This document shows positions 12,866 through 25,677 of a stretch of 64,000 nucleotides of DNA, piece after piece. The stretch lies in contig OZ076409.1 in the NCBI GenBank assembly GCA_964187785.1, positions 27,158,001 through 27,222,000 of the forward strand, in the 5' to 3' direction. This stretch comes from Amphiscolops sp. MND2022 (Eukaryota). The notes beneath the pieces were generated by a model. That model worked only from the letters and a program-made list of their open reading frames with translations. It had not been told where the DNA came from and made no database searches. Position 1 is the first letter of the stretch. Each line of letters opens with the position of its first letter. The position numbers and the translations under genes were made by a program.

Positions 12866-14099
12866 AACAACCAAACGAGAACTTTATTGTAAATTAAAAA
12901 CTCAGACAATGACGGAGAAACCCAAAAAGAGGGTTTCATGACATGCAGTTTTGTGATTCAAGCGAAGTTTAGAATTATTAGAGCGCGAGTGTACCCTTTG
13001 TTGTTAAACAAATATCGGAGATTTAGAAAAATCGGACAGAGTGCAATAACCACAAACCGGAATTTGGGAATATTCGTCATTTGTAGTTTCGTAAAGACAC
13101 CAAAAAGGCTGATGGGACCAAACTGACCACACGATAAATGCTTCTAAATCAATCGTTAAAATATTAAAAGCAAGTCAATTGGTGTGATGTCTGGTACGAC
13201 TAAACAAACTTGCCACTGTAAGAATCGAGAACAGGAAGCCTGTTACGACTTCGGTTAGTGTCGTTGTTTTGTACATTTCTGATTATTTTCGTTGCTTTCT
13301 TGAAAGAAATTTCTTCTCGTTTGACTTCGCGATGAAAAGATTTTCGTGTTTGTTGATTTTGAATTGAGGTTCGTAAAGTTATTGTTTTAACAAAACAAAG
13401 TTGAGCTTAATAAAAGATCGCAAATTGAAATACAAATTGAATGAATAATTTTACAAGTATAAGCTATATATACCCTCCTAGCATCATCTGTTCATACTCG
13501 CGTACTTTAATTTCCATCGAGATATTAGTCACTTCCTGTAATTTTGCGGCAAATTTTCGATCTGCGTTAGCATTTCGTCAATTTTTGTGTTATTTCCATA
13601 GTTAGATTGATATTAGTCATCGCCCAGTGGCAAATCATTTCATTCCGAGGTCCTTTTATTTCCTCCCATTGGTTGGCGGGAAATTTCACGCGGAGCTAAC
13701 ACTGGCGTGAACAACTAAAATCTGATTTTGAATAGCAACTTGAGAAAATATGACTAATTATCTTGATTTAGGCAATTTGGTGATGCTAAGAGATTGACTG
13801 ATTTACATGAGGCTAAACAATTAAAAATTTCAACCATTAACAATTATATATCTAATAAAAGTTAGGAGCAACACCTTTGAGCAACAATAAAGGACGACGT
13901 GACATCGTCAAACAGCCAATGAATTTAATAAATTAGGTAATCAAAGCAACCATTTAAAAAGCCTTCTTAGACTGCACTTTATTACCACAAATTGAATATA
14001 AACTGTGATTCTCCAATTTAAATTGTGTTAAAACACTGTTTTTTTTTAAGTTAGTATGAAAAAGCCCGGCATAAATACCATATTCCGCTCAAATTCAAT

Positions 14100-14500
14100 C
14101 TTAGTTGACGCAATACTGACGTAGAAATGTTTTCTTAACTTCTTGTACATTAGTCAACGTAGCGTTGACGTAGATGCAAAATCTCTCTTAATTGGTGACT
14201 TTGCGACGTAGTGTTGACGTAAATTCTAATTTAGTTCGGGCTAGCAATTTCTGCTGACGCAGCGCTGTCGTAAGTTCAAAATCCGTCATAGTTAGGTATT
14301 TTGCGACGCAGTGTTGACACGTTTTATTGGCAAACTTGGCAAACTTGGCAGCGTGACTAGTTTGACGCAATGCTGACGAGTATTTAGAATGATTTCCTAG
14401 CTAGCTGCCAAGGGGGTGACGTAGCGTTGACGGATATTTGGAATGATTTCGTAGCTAGCTGCCAAGGCGGTGACGTAGCGTTGGCGGATATTTGGAATGA
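14100..14500. repeat. TGACGTAG/TGACGCA-rich array including a ~54-bp tandem repeat (14375-14500)
   Basis: About 2.3 copies of GACGGATATTTGGAATGATTTCGTAGCTAGCTGCCAAGGCGGTGACGTAGCGTT plus many dispersed TGACG motifs. Confidence 0.7.
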
Positions 14501-15624
14501 AATTCTAGAGATTTAATTTTAGTTTGTTTTCAGCCTGACACAGTCCGGACGCGGACTGTGACAGTGCCACTGTCATGGGTCAAAAGTTTTCATGGGGTTG
14601 ATGGAATGCAAAAGAGGATATTGTGATTTGTATACTTTCCGGACGACAGTTTCTGTACTAGAAAATTTTCCTGTTTAGAATTGAGAATCAATTCCCGACA
14701 GTTGTTATCAATACATTTTACTTCTTTAATCCTAAAATTTGACGTAATTTCATTCTTTTTGCGGCGGCTATTTCCATTGATATGTTTCGGTTGCGTTTCG
14801 CAGGAAAATGATTGAAATGCTACCATCGTCGCTATGTATGACTGGAAATGTGTGAAGTTATTTCGGAATGTTTTATGTTCTGGAATCGTTCATAAGTTTA
14901 GATTTTGTTGGTCGTATTTGTCAGGACTGTGACAAAGCCTAAACTTAAAATTGAGCTAGCCTGCTTCAAAGCCATTTAAGTTTTCCGAAAATTGTTGAAT
15001 TCTCGACATTTTTCAAGTAATACTGTTTCGCAGCGTTTAAAAACATACCCCATGTTGAGCTTTCCTTGAGAATTGGTACAGATAGACTTTTAAGCCATTT
15101 TTTCTTGAGGATCTGTAAAGATCGTACCACTGCTACGTAAGGACAACTCCAGATCTGCAAAGATCTTTACAGATGTTCAAAGATTTTGTCTAGAGGTTTT
15201 TCAGGATAATTTTTGTCCCGGAGCTTCTAGAGAAACAATGTATTGCATTTTTGGGCTTCTTCAACTAATTCAACAAGTATTTTAACTGACCCAATTCTCA
15301 GTCAGATGAATTTTCCATCTGTCAAAATTCGCCAGCAGGATAGATTGTCCCCATCGCGGTGTTTTTTGTCTGAGAATGTTCGGTATTGGTTATGTGTTGC
15401 TGGAGTAGTTTTAGTGATTGCGGTAAACTTGGAATACTTTATAGTAATCTGTTGGTCATTTTCGTATGGCTAGTTTTTAACAGTTCTGTACAGATTCGCA
15501 CAGAAACTTTTTTGAAACTTCAATTAAGAGGCATGTTTATCTTATAGAGCACTTTTTAATCAACTATTTTCAATTTCAAAACTATATTCATGACTAGTTA
15601 AATTCCGACAAATCCTGGAATATC

Positions 15625-17773
15625 TGTCAAGACCTGTTGTCGGTCTGTGTTCAACATCTCATTCGGGAATCATCCATCGACCGTGACGCAAGAAGTTTTG
15701 GACACAGGAATGGACAAAACTTCTAAACTTATGGTTAGTCAACAAAAACTCTACATGCAATACAGCTGGATAACTTGTAAGGCTTTTTCGAATAATAAAA
15801 GCTAACGTCAGGACAACGTGGTACTTTGCAAAATATTTTTGATCTAGCTAAAACTTCCGGTCTAACAGTTTTCACGGGTGGCTACTTTCACTTTCCGGAT
15901 TATCCTATGAGATTTCCATACTGATCCAAACATCAAAACGGAGACAATTTTTCTGAAAAAATATATAAATCCACCCTTTTTATACCCTGAAATAAAACAT
16001 TACGAACAAAACAAAACGATTTTACAAAATAGTATAGTAGATTGTTTTTCATTAACAATGTAGTTGTCAAAATTCACTTACATTACAATCAAGCAATTCA
16101 AGCAAACAATTACAACGTTATGGCGGCGTCACTCAGCTAGACCAGTAACTAGTGTTTCTATTTTCACGGACCAATAACGTCGTCCCTTGGCCAAAGTATT
16201 TGCGCTCAGTCCAAAAGGAATGATTTTCTTATTATGTCATTAGCTGAGAGAATATGAATGAACGCCTACGCTCTCCACTGTCTCTCCGTTAACTGCTATT
16301 CAGCTATACCCGATCTTATTACGTACGAAGACGTTACGGAGCAAATTGTAAAAATGTAACTAAGAAAGCGAACCTCTAAGCTCGATCTCAAGGATGTTGT
16401 CAGGAAAGCGATGCTGTAGCGGAACCTTAGGATCAGGATTTACATAGTAGAAGCTGTACTGTAAAGGAAAGCCAAAGTTGTGATCATAACACGCCTGTTT
16501 GAATACTGTACTTAAGCATTAATGATGAAGTTACGTTCATCTTACGTCGCAAACTCCATATTCAGAAAATAATGATTATTAATCATGATTTACAATTCAT
16601 ATGTTATTCAAAATTGCAACGTAGGGTTTCCGTTATTCATCATCAAACCATCGGTGAGTTGTACTGTTCCGTTGTGATAACATTTCGATTGCTATTATGT
16701 TATGTCCAATTCGTATAGAGTTAGTGAAATTGGTTTCCGTTGCTATTACGTTATGTTTTATGTTTGTGAAACGTTTATAGTACGATTTGTAAATCGTGTA
16801 ATTTGCCAATGTATGAGTTTGTGTTTTCAACTTTTGTAGTTTTGCAGTAACTTATTTTGTTCGCGCTAATTGTCGGATTGTGTTATCCTAACATCATTTG
16901 TTCTCTTCAATTTCATACTTTAAGCATTTTCAATCCTGTTCTGTTTCAGTCACGTCTTTATTTTTGCGTGTCATACTTTTGTCATCACTTTCAAATGTCG
17001 CAACTTGGAAATTGACTAACTGATCACGCTGTCGTGGTTTCGGTGATGAAAACATTGAGCAGTTTTCTTTTGCCGCTATTTCTTGTTCAAACAGGAAATG
17101 CGATAGCATGAACAAAATTGATGTCAACAATGGCTACGGAAGGATGACGCAACTAGGAATTTTGATACCTGATTTTATGACTGGGTTGATTTGGATTATT
17201 AAGGTTTTTTTAGTCAACAAACCCGATTTTAATGATTCCTACAAATTTTAGGTGAGGAACAAAAGATGCAAGGAAAGTATAAATATGTAAACCAGACATG
17301 TAAGTTTTAGTTAGTACTCTTGTTATTGCACGAAATTATCATGTTCCGTTACATCCATTGTATCCAAAAATCGATTTTCTTCTTCTCAACTCAAAAATGA
17401 CAAGCAGAAGTCACAAAAGAAAAGCCGTAGCAGAGTTAGCGTCAGGAGAGTTTGAAGCCTTTGTAGCCGAAAATAGTCATTCTGAGAACCTACTAGCAGG
17501 ACCCAGTAAGTCGCCTAAAATTCAGACTGAGAAACTAGATGAAATGAAAACGTCCCCTAGAAAAGAGATAATGTCCGATCTGACAAAAATCTTAGCTGAG
17601 AACCAGATGGAATTGTTGAAACTTATAGCCCTTGCTATCAAAAAAACCTACAATCCACCGAAACGTGGAAGATTCAGACTCTGAAACGGAAAATAACCGT
17701 CCAGCATCTACGTCAACACCTATAAAATCAAAAGCGACTGATTCTAAAACTACTCCGATAAGTAGCCGTAACA
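15625..17773 (+). mobile_element. Probable solo LTR (~2.15 kb) ending in a frameshifted gag-like ORF start
   Basis: TGTC...TAACA flanked by ATATC direct repeats (15620-24 and 17774-78). The ORF MTSRSHKRKAVAEL... (from 17398, frameshifted near 17640) runs to the terminal CA. Confidence 0.5.
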
Positions 17774-20700
17774 ATATCTGTCAGGATCTGTACAGTTTCG
17801 CAGGTAGTGCTCAACGTAGGACGTTTCAAACTTGGTAAATATTGGCGCCAGTTTCTCTAAACTCCAAAGCTTTTGATTGAAAATAAAACAAATTTATTCA
17901 CTATGAGGTTTTTTGTCAGCAGCTTAACATTTCGAAACTAGTGATTTGTACGCAAACTTCTCAGGCAGTTGGACAGTGAATCCCGATTTGATCATTTAAC
18001 CGGCACTGAGTTCGTTTAACAGTTTAATTGATAGATTCTCTCGTTGACTGAAAACGTGCAGTTAGTTTCTGGTTGATAGCACCTTTAACATTTCATAAAT
18101 GATATCGTAACCAATCACATTTAGATATTTCTGATACTCTCAGCGACAATATTTCAATTTGTAAAACTGTTACTCTGAGATGCCTTTGTTTTTTTACATT
18201 CTGAGAACAAAATGCTAAAAGGATTTAAATTTAAACGATATTGTCAATTTAAACGTTCAGCTGTCGAAACAACAGTTGTTGAGAATGATTAAAAACGTAG
18301 AAACACCAAATGCTCTCTTTCTTCTCTGTAAGATTTTAATTTTTAGCCGTTTCGATAAAAGTCTCACTGTTTCTGCGCGAAGAACAAACTATAGACAGAA
18401 CTACGTTTATCGCGTTTCTGGACATCCGGAATAGAAGAGGCAGCTGGAAAGGTTGACCATAGCGTTTTTTGTTATTTTTTATTTGGCAAAACTGGTGTAT
18501 ACTTAGTGGACAGTATTTGAACACAGGTCAAAAGTTGACGTCACCAAAGTAATTGTTCGAATCGGTGGAAACACAGTTAATCACTAAGAGGGAACTTTTT
18601 TAGGTTTCACAGTTGAGCAAAACTATTCTAAAGCACTAAATTGGAAAGCCAAGTGATGACATACGGAAGACACCCCGAAACAGTTTTCTCGCAGACTATT
18701 TTTTCTGGGGGTATGGCTTTTGGCAGAAGTGAACATGAGCAGTTGCGCTACTTGTATATAAAATCAAAAAGGCACACAAAGTCCGTCGATCCCCAGCGAA
18801 GGCGTCAGTAGAGCACAGAGTAAGTCATATTATACAGAGCATTGAGAGCCCATAGAATATTAAGCTTTTTGCGTATGATTTGGGAACCCTGAGACGTGTG
18901 TAGGGGGTACTATATGGAATAGGCATGGAGTAGGGGGAACTATATGTGTAGGGGGTACTTGTGTGATACTATATGGAAACAGACACTGAATAAGATATCA
19001 ATCTGCACCAGTTGTTTCTACAATCATGAAACTAGTGCAAAACACTTACCCACAAGCTCTCATTTAAAATATGAAATATAAAATGATCCATCAATTGTGC
19101 GAAGAGTATTGTTCGTTTAGGCTACGGGGGACCGGACACGCGGTCCCGGCAGTAGAGAAGTTTTCGACCTTGGCTTGTAATATCTTGGACGAATCAAAAT
19201 ACTGAAGGTAGGTGATTGATAGCGTGAAGAGAACTGGCATAGACCCCCGTTCGGTGGTAACCGTCTTACTAAACTGTGGTTTCTTGAAAACACATTTTAG
19301 AAGATTCGTAAACTAACTTTTGTCACTTTTTTGGAAATGTCAAAACTTCCTGGCTTCGTGATGTAAGTAAAGTCACGATACGCAAATCATGAAACTCAGA
19401 ACTTTAGAACCCTATAACTCGGCATTTGATAACGTTACGAGACACGTCAAGGTCACAGGTGGGCCCAATGTTCGTCTCACGGGTAGACACTTGAATATAT
19501 GAAAAACGTACATCAAACCTGCCTGAAAATCAGCGTCAATTGCGTGATTTTCCATTGATGCTTTTCAATTAGACGACAGTATTCGCGGTTAGCCCCACTC
19601 ACAATGACGGTAAAGTGTCCCCATGTATAGGGAACATTCAAAACAGTTTAACTGAATGTCATCGAGTGGTCGTCTTTACATTAGATGTATTTTGGGAGAC
19701 TTGAAATCCCATGGAATGTGATCTTCGGACGATTTGTTGAACTATTTGTCATTGGCGGCTGAAAATATGTAACCGAAGAATAACTATGTTAATAGAGGCG
19801 TTCGCTTTACCATTAAAAGAGATGTAAACATGAAAGTGACCACAGACGAACATAAGACGCCAACGCCCAGTGATCTCAATTTTTTAAGTATGGAGGAACG
19901 TGAGGATGAGACCACAAGAGACAAGTGCAAAAACAAATACATCTTAGGAAGATTTGGTACATACCTGGAAAACGAGATCCGAGTTAAAGAGCTTGAAGCA
20001 AGCTGAGTCTCGTGAATACAAGATACTTGAGAGCTAGTACCGAGATAGTACTGGCGCATCTGAGATGAAAACACGGAATGAGTTACAGGTTTTTGCCGCT
20101 AATGGATCTAGAATAGTGAAGTCTACGAGAGGCCGAATCGTGGATCTCCATCTGAGCCAGTTTTGTTATACTTGATTGACGATGAAAAAAAGTCGATTTG
20201 ATTATCGCTATTAAAAGTTTTTAGATTGTTAAAATTATCTCCTCTTGATCAGTCGGAGAGCGTATTCAAAATTTCTAGAGTCTCATATCTTCCCCCATGC
20301 GTTAAATATTCAACTTTTTACCTTCCTGAAATACACTAAAATTACTATTTAACAATTTATAACAGCTTTTACTTTTTTCTAATTAGATGATTTCACATGG
20401 ATTCCTACAATCAGTTACTTATTGAAGCCAGTTTTCAACAAAAATCTTGAGTGCGCGGGGTGGAGAAATGCGGGGTTTTCAACTTGTTCCTCACTCCTTC
20501 CTAGTAATCATTACACTTTCTAGCTACACATACAAACTCCTAGACAGTTTTCCTAGACACTTGGTTGTAAACACGCTGTGTGTTGGGGCGATACTAGATT
20601 CCCTCAAACCTATACCTGCAACAATGGTATCTATATTTCCAGGATAGATTCTGTAGACAGTGGCGCCTTGGATGAGCACGAGTTGAACAAAATAAGAATG

Positions 20701-21559
20701 AAAAGGGTCCTCGATGATTAAAAGAACGCTGCTCTCTCTGTACTGCCAGTTGGGGTTTCTGAAAAGAATTTTTTGTGAAGTATTGATCCTTGTTCTCTGT
20801 TTCTGAAACATTAGATAGAAACATTGAAAAATTGCTGCTTTTTTCCTCCTTTTCAGAATCTTTCAGCTCTTTTTTCTTCTCAAGTGAAAGCAGAAGTTTT
20901 GTTTTTGCTTCAGTTTTTGTTACAACTCTTTGTTTGCCAACAATAGCAATTGCAGGAGACAGCAATGATAATAAATGAGTTATATTTTATTAAACAGTTG
21001 GATGGAAATTGAATCCCTCAGACAGTTTTGAGGCTTTAATGCAGCACCGTTCGATGCTTCTGAAGCCGGCAATGTTTTCACAGGTGTTTACCAACGCGGG
21101 AAACGCTGAACGCAAACTTGAGAATTAAATGCAGGCCCTTGAGCCAGTACACTGATGTGTGATTGCTCAAAGAGAGATAAATAGGTTCCTAAAACACACG
21201 GAACGGAGTTTCAAAAATTGCTAACATTATGACCAGCATCAAAATTTATTGCATTATGAATTTCAAATTCGCTAAACCGTCTTTGTACTGCTTTTGATGA
21301 CGTAATTATTATGTAGAAGCTTCCTTTGTACCAAGACCTCTTCTTACGTGCTGCAGTTTTGCTACGTACCAGAGAAAGATTTACCAGGTAATCAAAACTT
21401 TCAAAATTTTATCAAACCAAGTTTTGTAAATCGAAAATTGAACACAGACGTGTAATTGGGAAAGAACAAGCTCACATTCGAATATACATCTTCATTGATT
21501 GCCGTCAGCTTTTTGATACATAAATGCATATATATTGTAATGCCCCCCCCGTATAAGCC

Positions 21560-21828
21560 CCCCATTTTCAAAATTTGAGAGAGAGAGAGACTTGTATGCC
21601 GTGTCTAAAAAGAGAACTAGAAATTCAGTTACCGCCGCAGCTATTCAACTTTGGCTCTATTTCCAAAATTACGTCCAAAAATCTGAAGAACCAGAACATG
21701 ATGATCTTCCAGGTTATCCTTATGATGACGAACTTGATGATACTGCGATCGATTTTGTTTTTGTAGAGGATTCGGAAGATGGAACTGTTGATGATTCAGG
21801 GATGATTCTGACTTTTGCCCCTAAATGA
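21560..21828 (+). pseudogene. Possible decayed hAT-like transposase C-terminus
   Basis: ERDLYAVSKKRTRNSVTAAAIQLWLYFQN plus an acidic tail loosely resembles the hAT dimerisation segment. The upstream region (19.7-21.4 kb) has stop-riddled coding-like frames. Confidence 0.25.
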
Positions 21829-21835
21829 TTTCTTC

Positions 21836-22730
21836 GGTACTCCTGACTAAGTGTGATCCCAAGCGATTTCTCCTTACTAAGTGTGGTCCCTTTAATGTAA
21901 GTGTGGTCATGTAACGTTAGCATATTTGTTGTATGGCTCGGTCGCTTCGCTCCCTTCGCCAAGTAGCAACATTGAGGCATGGCCATATGGCACGTCGCTC
22001 CGCTCCTGCGTTTAGGGCACTAGGGGTATGTGAACATATCTGACTATGTTATAAAAATATTTTGTTTTTGAATTATTTGGGACTCAATTGTCGCGGGACT
22101 CAATTGTCGACCCCCTAAATTTAATTTATTTTGGGACTCAATTTGTATATCTGTATAATCGTTTGCATAGATTCACTCTCGAAAACTGTTTAAAAAATGA
22201 GACCCCGGATCTATCTAGCTGTCTCACTTGAGTCAATATTAAATTGACAAAACTGAGGTGACTGAAGCCAGATTTTGTCTAAGAAAATCTGGTACTCCTG
22301 ACTAAGTGTGGTCCCAAGCAATTTCTGCTTACTAAGTGTTGTCCTTATGATGTAAGTGTGGTCCCTGCATATTTTGTCGGAATAATAATTATAACGTAGT
22401 CAGCTATATTCACATACCCCTAGTGCCCTAAATGCAGGAGCGAAGCGAAGCGGAGCGACGTGCCATATGGCCATGCCTCAATGTTGCTACTTGGCGAAGG
22501 GAGCGAAGCGACCGAGCCATACAACAAATATGCTAACGTCTTCAAATCAACTTCCATACATATTGGCTGTAACCGCACTAAAAGCTAGTAAATTGAATTA
22601 TGCTGTTTTGAACTACATGTAATATTTGCTTTACGTTGGCTATTCTAAATTTGCTAGGGACCACACTTAGTCAGGAGTTTTCAGGCCGGCTGCATAAATT
22701 TTGTAGGGACCACACTTAGTCAGGAGTACC
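21836..22730. mobile_element. Merlin-like non-autonomous DNA transposon (composite)
   Basis: TIR GGTACTCCTGACTAAGTGTG..CACACTTAGTCAGGAGTACC with an exact 8-bp TSD ATTTCTTC (21828-35 and 22731-38). Extra TIR copies at 22291 and ~22657. GG-starting TIRs with 8-bp TSDs are typical of Merlin. Confidence 0.75.
21914..22539. repeat. ~140-bp inverted repeat pair nested in the Merlin-like element
   Basis: 21914-~22053 is the reverse complement of ~22389-22539 (GCATATTTGTTGTATGGCTCGGTCGCTTCGC...). Confidence 0.85.
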
Positions 22731-22857
22731 ATTTCTTCGTTGTACCTATAATTCACAATTCCAAAAACTTTTTTTTTCAATTTGGAGGGGATCGAGGTTC
22801 GCTGATTGAAATTAGGACGGTTTTTACGCCAGACATGACGGTGTATACACCGTATAC

Positions 22858-22981
22858 ACTGCATACGATGTGAAAAGGTTCTGCCAGATAGTGGGCCCAT
22901 TTTCAGCAGTTTGCTTATATATAAGCATACTGCTGAAAATGGGCCCACTAACTGGCAGAACCTTTTCACATCGTATGCAGT
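22858..22981. repeat. 124-bp near-perfect loopless palindrome
   Basis: ACTGCATACGATGTG...TGCTTATA|TATAAGCA...CACATCGTATGCAGT, centre 22919/22920, two mismatched pairs. Confidence 0.9.
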
Positions 22982-23548
22982 TTTAAAGAGATTATTGGTG
23001 TTGAATACCTTGTTACTTGTCTAAATAAATTTACGTGACCCAATCGATTTAACGACTGTAGCCAACTCATATTCAAATTAGCCAGTTTTGCAGCTATTTT
23101 TGTATTCTTCTTTGCAGTGGGTTAAATTGTTTCTTGAATATTAGACTTGGTTTTTTCGCAATTGTCTTTATGGTACCAAAGGTCATCATGATCATAACGA
23201 AAAAAACCCAGGAAAAAACGCAAAATCTTGTACCTTTGAATCGGTTCTCTAACTATTTTTCTGAAAACCCTCTCAATAATTTACATTGCAAACAGGTCAC
23301 AAAATACGAATACTTCAAATTTCACTCCGTGAAATTTTCGTTTCGACGGGTTTACAACAGTTTTTGCAAAGTAGAACTCTGTCTTTAATTGTAACTCTCT
23401 CACGTGAATGCGTACGGAGTTTTCCTTGTTTCAGATGCATTTATTCACACTGATCACTGATTGACTCTTGTAATTGAATCATCGTCATCGTCCGGATGTA
23501 TCTACAATGCCATGAAGAAATGTGCAGATAGTTCATCACCGTGCTAAC

Positions 23549-23670
23549 ATGACAGATCTTCCTTGCAAACCCAAGAGGAACAACAGAAAAGGCTCCATAG
23601 TCGTCATCAATGTGGGGGGAGTTAGACACACTACTTACAAACACACACTACTTAGTCTGCCGAACACCAG
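23549..23670 (+). CDS. Shaw: Kv3/Shaw-like exon 1 (T1 domain start)
   Basis: MTDLPCKPKRNNRKGSIVVINVGGVRHTTYKHTLLSLPNT; in-frame TGA upstream at 23513; donor AG|GTGAGC. Confidence 0.85.
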
Positions 23671-23805
23671 GTGAGCAACGAAACATGACGTCAGAAAATG
23701 GTAAATACCCTACTGATTTTATGTTGTGATGAGAAGATTGATGGCAGCGGAAAGTCACACACAGTCGAGAAAACAAAAGGTCTTTTCCACAAATATTGAA
23801 ATCTG

Positions 23806-23881
23806 TGAAACAGTGAAATCTGGATAAAATTCGGTATTTCTGGCAGAAGTAACGAATTTTATCCAGATTTCACTTGTTTCA
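23806..23881. repeat. 76-nt hairpin in Kv intron 1
   Basis: TGAAACAGTGAAATCTGGATAAAATTCG pairs with CGAATTTTATCCAGATTTCACTTGTTTCA. Confidence 0.85.
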
Positions 23882-23962
23882 GGCTGTAAAAAGTAAAACG
23901 TGTTTCTAGTTCAAATTTCGAAGTCGAAGATTCTAGATTAGATTGGATTAGATTTGTTTCAG

Positions 23963-24142
23963 GTTATCACGCATGTTGGGCAAAAACGGACAGAGACTGG
24001 CAAATGATTACGATTTTCAAACGGGAGAATTTTATTTCGACAGACATCCAGACCTATTTGTTCACGTGCTAAATTTCTACAGAACTGGTAAACTCCACTT
24101 TCCCAGCGAAATATGCAGTGGCCTCTTTGGAGAAGAGTTAAC
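23963..24142 (+). CDS. Shaw: Kv3/Shaw-like exon 2 (T1)
   Basis: TTTCAG acceptor; LSRML...[38 protein letters not shown]; donor GTTAGT. Confidence 0.92.
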
Positions 24143-25677
24143 GTTAGTTTTCAGTTCTGTGAGATGCATACAGCTTCAATAGTTCAAAAAAAACAATTAT
24201 GGTCTATAAAAGTAACAATAAAGCGAAAAACTCTTGAGAAAAAAATCTAACGAAAATTGATAGAAGTTTACTGTATACAAGAAAGCCCGGAAAGCACAGG
24301 GATTTTTTGTGCTGTGTTGTTTTAAAACATACTTTAGGCCACGGGCGTGACTAAAAACTTACGCCAACCCAGTGCAAACAATCTGGAAACGCTTGCCAAG
24401 ATCTTGTATTTTCTAACATTTTCTATCACTCTTGAAAACCTTGAAAAGATTTTGTTTATTCTCGCTTCACACTAACCACTTGAATATCCTAATACGAATC
24501 TTGGTAAGAGTTTCATCAAGACTGTCAAGAAAAAAGTAACTTGCAAAGATTATTATTGTTTACAATATTATTTTACAAATAAAATAGTATTACAAATACA
24601 ATACAAATATTGTATTACAAATAGTATTGTTTGTTCTGAAAGTTTTTTTGTTTTCTTGACACTCTTGATGCAGCTCTTACCGAAATTGGTATTCAAGCGA
24701 TTAGTGCGAACCAAAAGTTCTATTCGAACTACCCGCTATACTATTGTTCTTTGTAGTGCTGCTGTAATTAAAATCAGCATGTGATAGCGTAATTGGTTGT
24801 CTCAACGGCTGCAGCATAATAGGTACGCTGATCAAGCCGCAGTTGGCGAACCCTTTTTTTTCTTGTTCAAATTGTAAGTTTTAGTCCTGAAACTCTTGAC
24901 AAGACCTTGCAAATTATTGTTTATTTTTGGACTCTTGATAAGATTGTTGCCAAGTTTCTCATCAAGAGTTGCACGAAATTGCACGATTCTTGTGAGGAAT
25001 TCCAGGAACTTTCAACATGGAACCAGGTCTACGTGGAACTCCTTGTTTGATCAAAAAAATATCAACTGTTCAACTATGACCAAAAGTTTGGCATCTGATT
25101 AATAGTTCTCAACAAAAATGCTTTGAATCTCTCAATCTACAAGCTCTATTCACTGGAAAATTTCAAATTAATCCAAAAATTAATCCAATTTTGGACAAAG
25201 AATAGCCATCTTTACTGGCTCTCTCGAATATAGTACCGCAGAATACGAAACGGGTGTACCAGTATGCTGGTTAAAGAAGTGGCTGCTTCAGTTCAGGGTA
25301 TGATTTTTGTTTTCCGCCCTTAATCCACGTGGGTTTTCCGGTTTTCCTCAAGTTTTGTCTTGTTCCAATTTTACACCCCAGTCACAGAGATTCTTCCACA
25401 GATTCTAACTTCGACAAAATTAAGCGCGTGGCATATGAATAGTAGTGTGGTTAAGAAATCGTGCCCCTGTCAGCCAATTAAACATTGGAGTTCTGCGAAA
25501 ACGAAAGGGTCATTTGTAGGATAACAGTCATTCTCAAAATCAGCAAAAATTGAACAGAAACGTTTCATGACATTTTCAAATTTGGCAGGGCTTCATTTTT
25601 ATTCGGCGCTTTTCTTGACTATTACAGAGGCTAGTTTTTTTCTTTTTTTCGTCAGACCACAGACCTCACCCTGTATG

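Noticed and set aside
14375..14500. Possible CRISPR-like repeat
   Set aside because: Plain tandem repeat with no unique spacers; eukaryotic context and no cas genes.
20447..20978. Overlapping ORFs with coding-like composition
   Set aside because: No recognisable motif, and in-frame stops follow; at best an unidentifiable TE relic.
24368..25030. CCCAG-starting element with CTTG..CAAG repeats
   Set aside because: Probably related to the CCC-TIR MITEs, but no right-hand TIR could be found.
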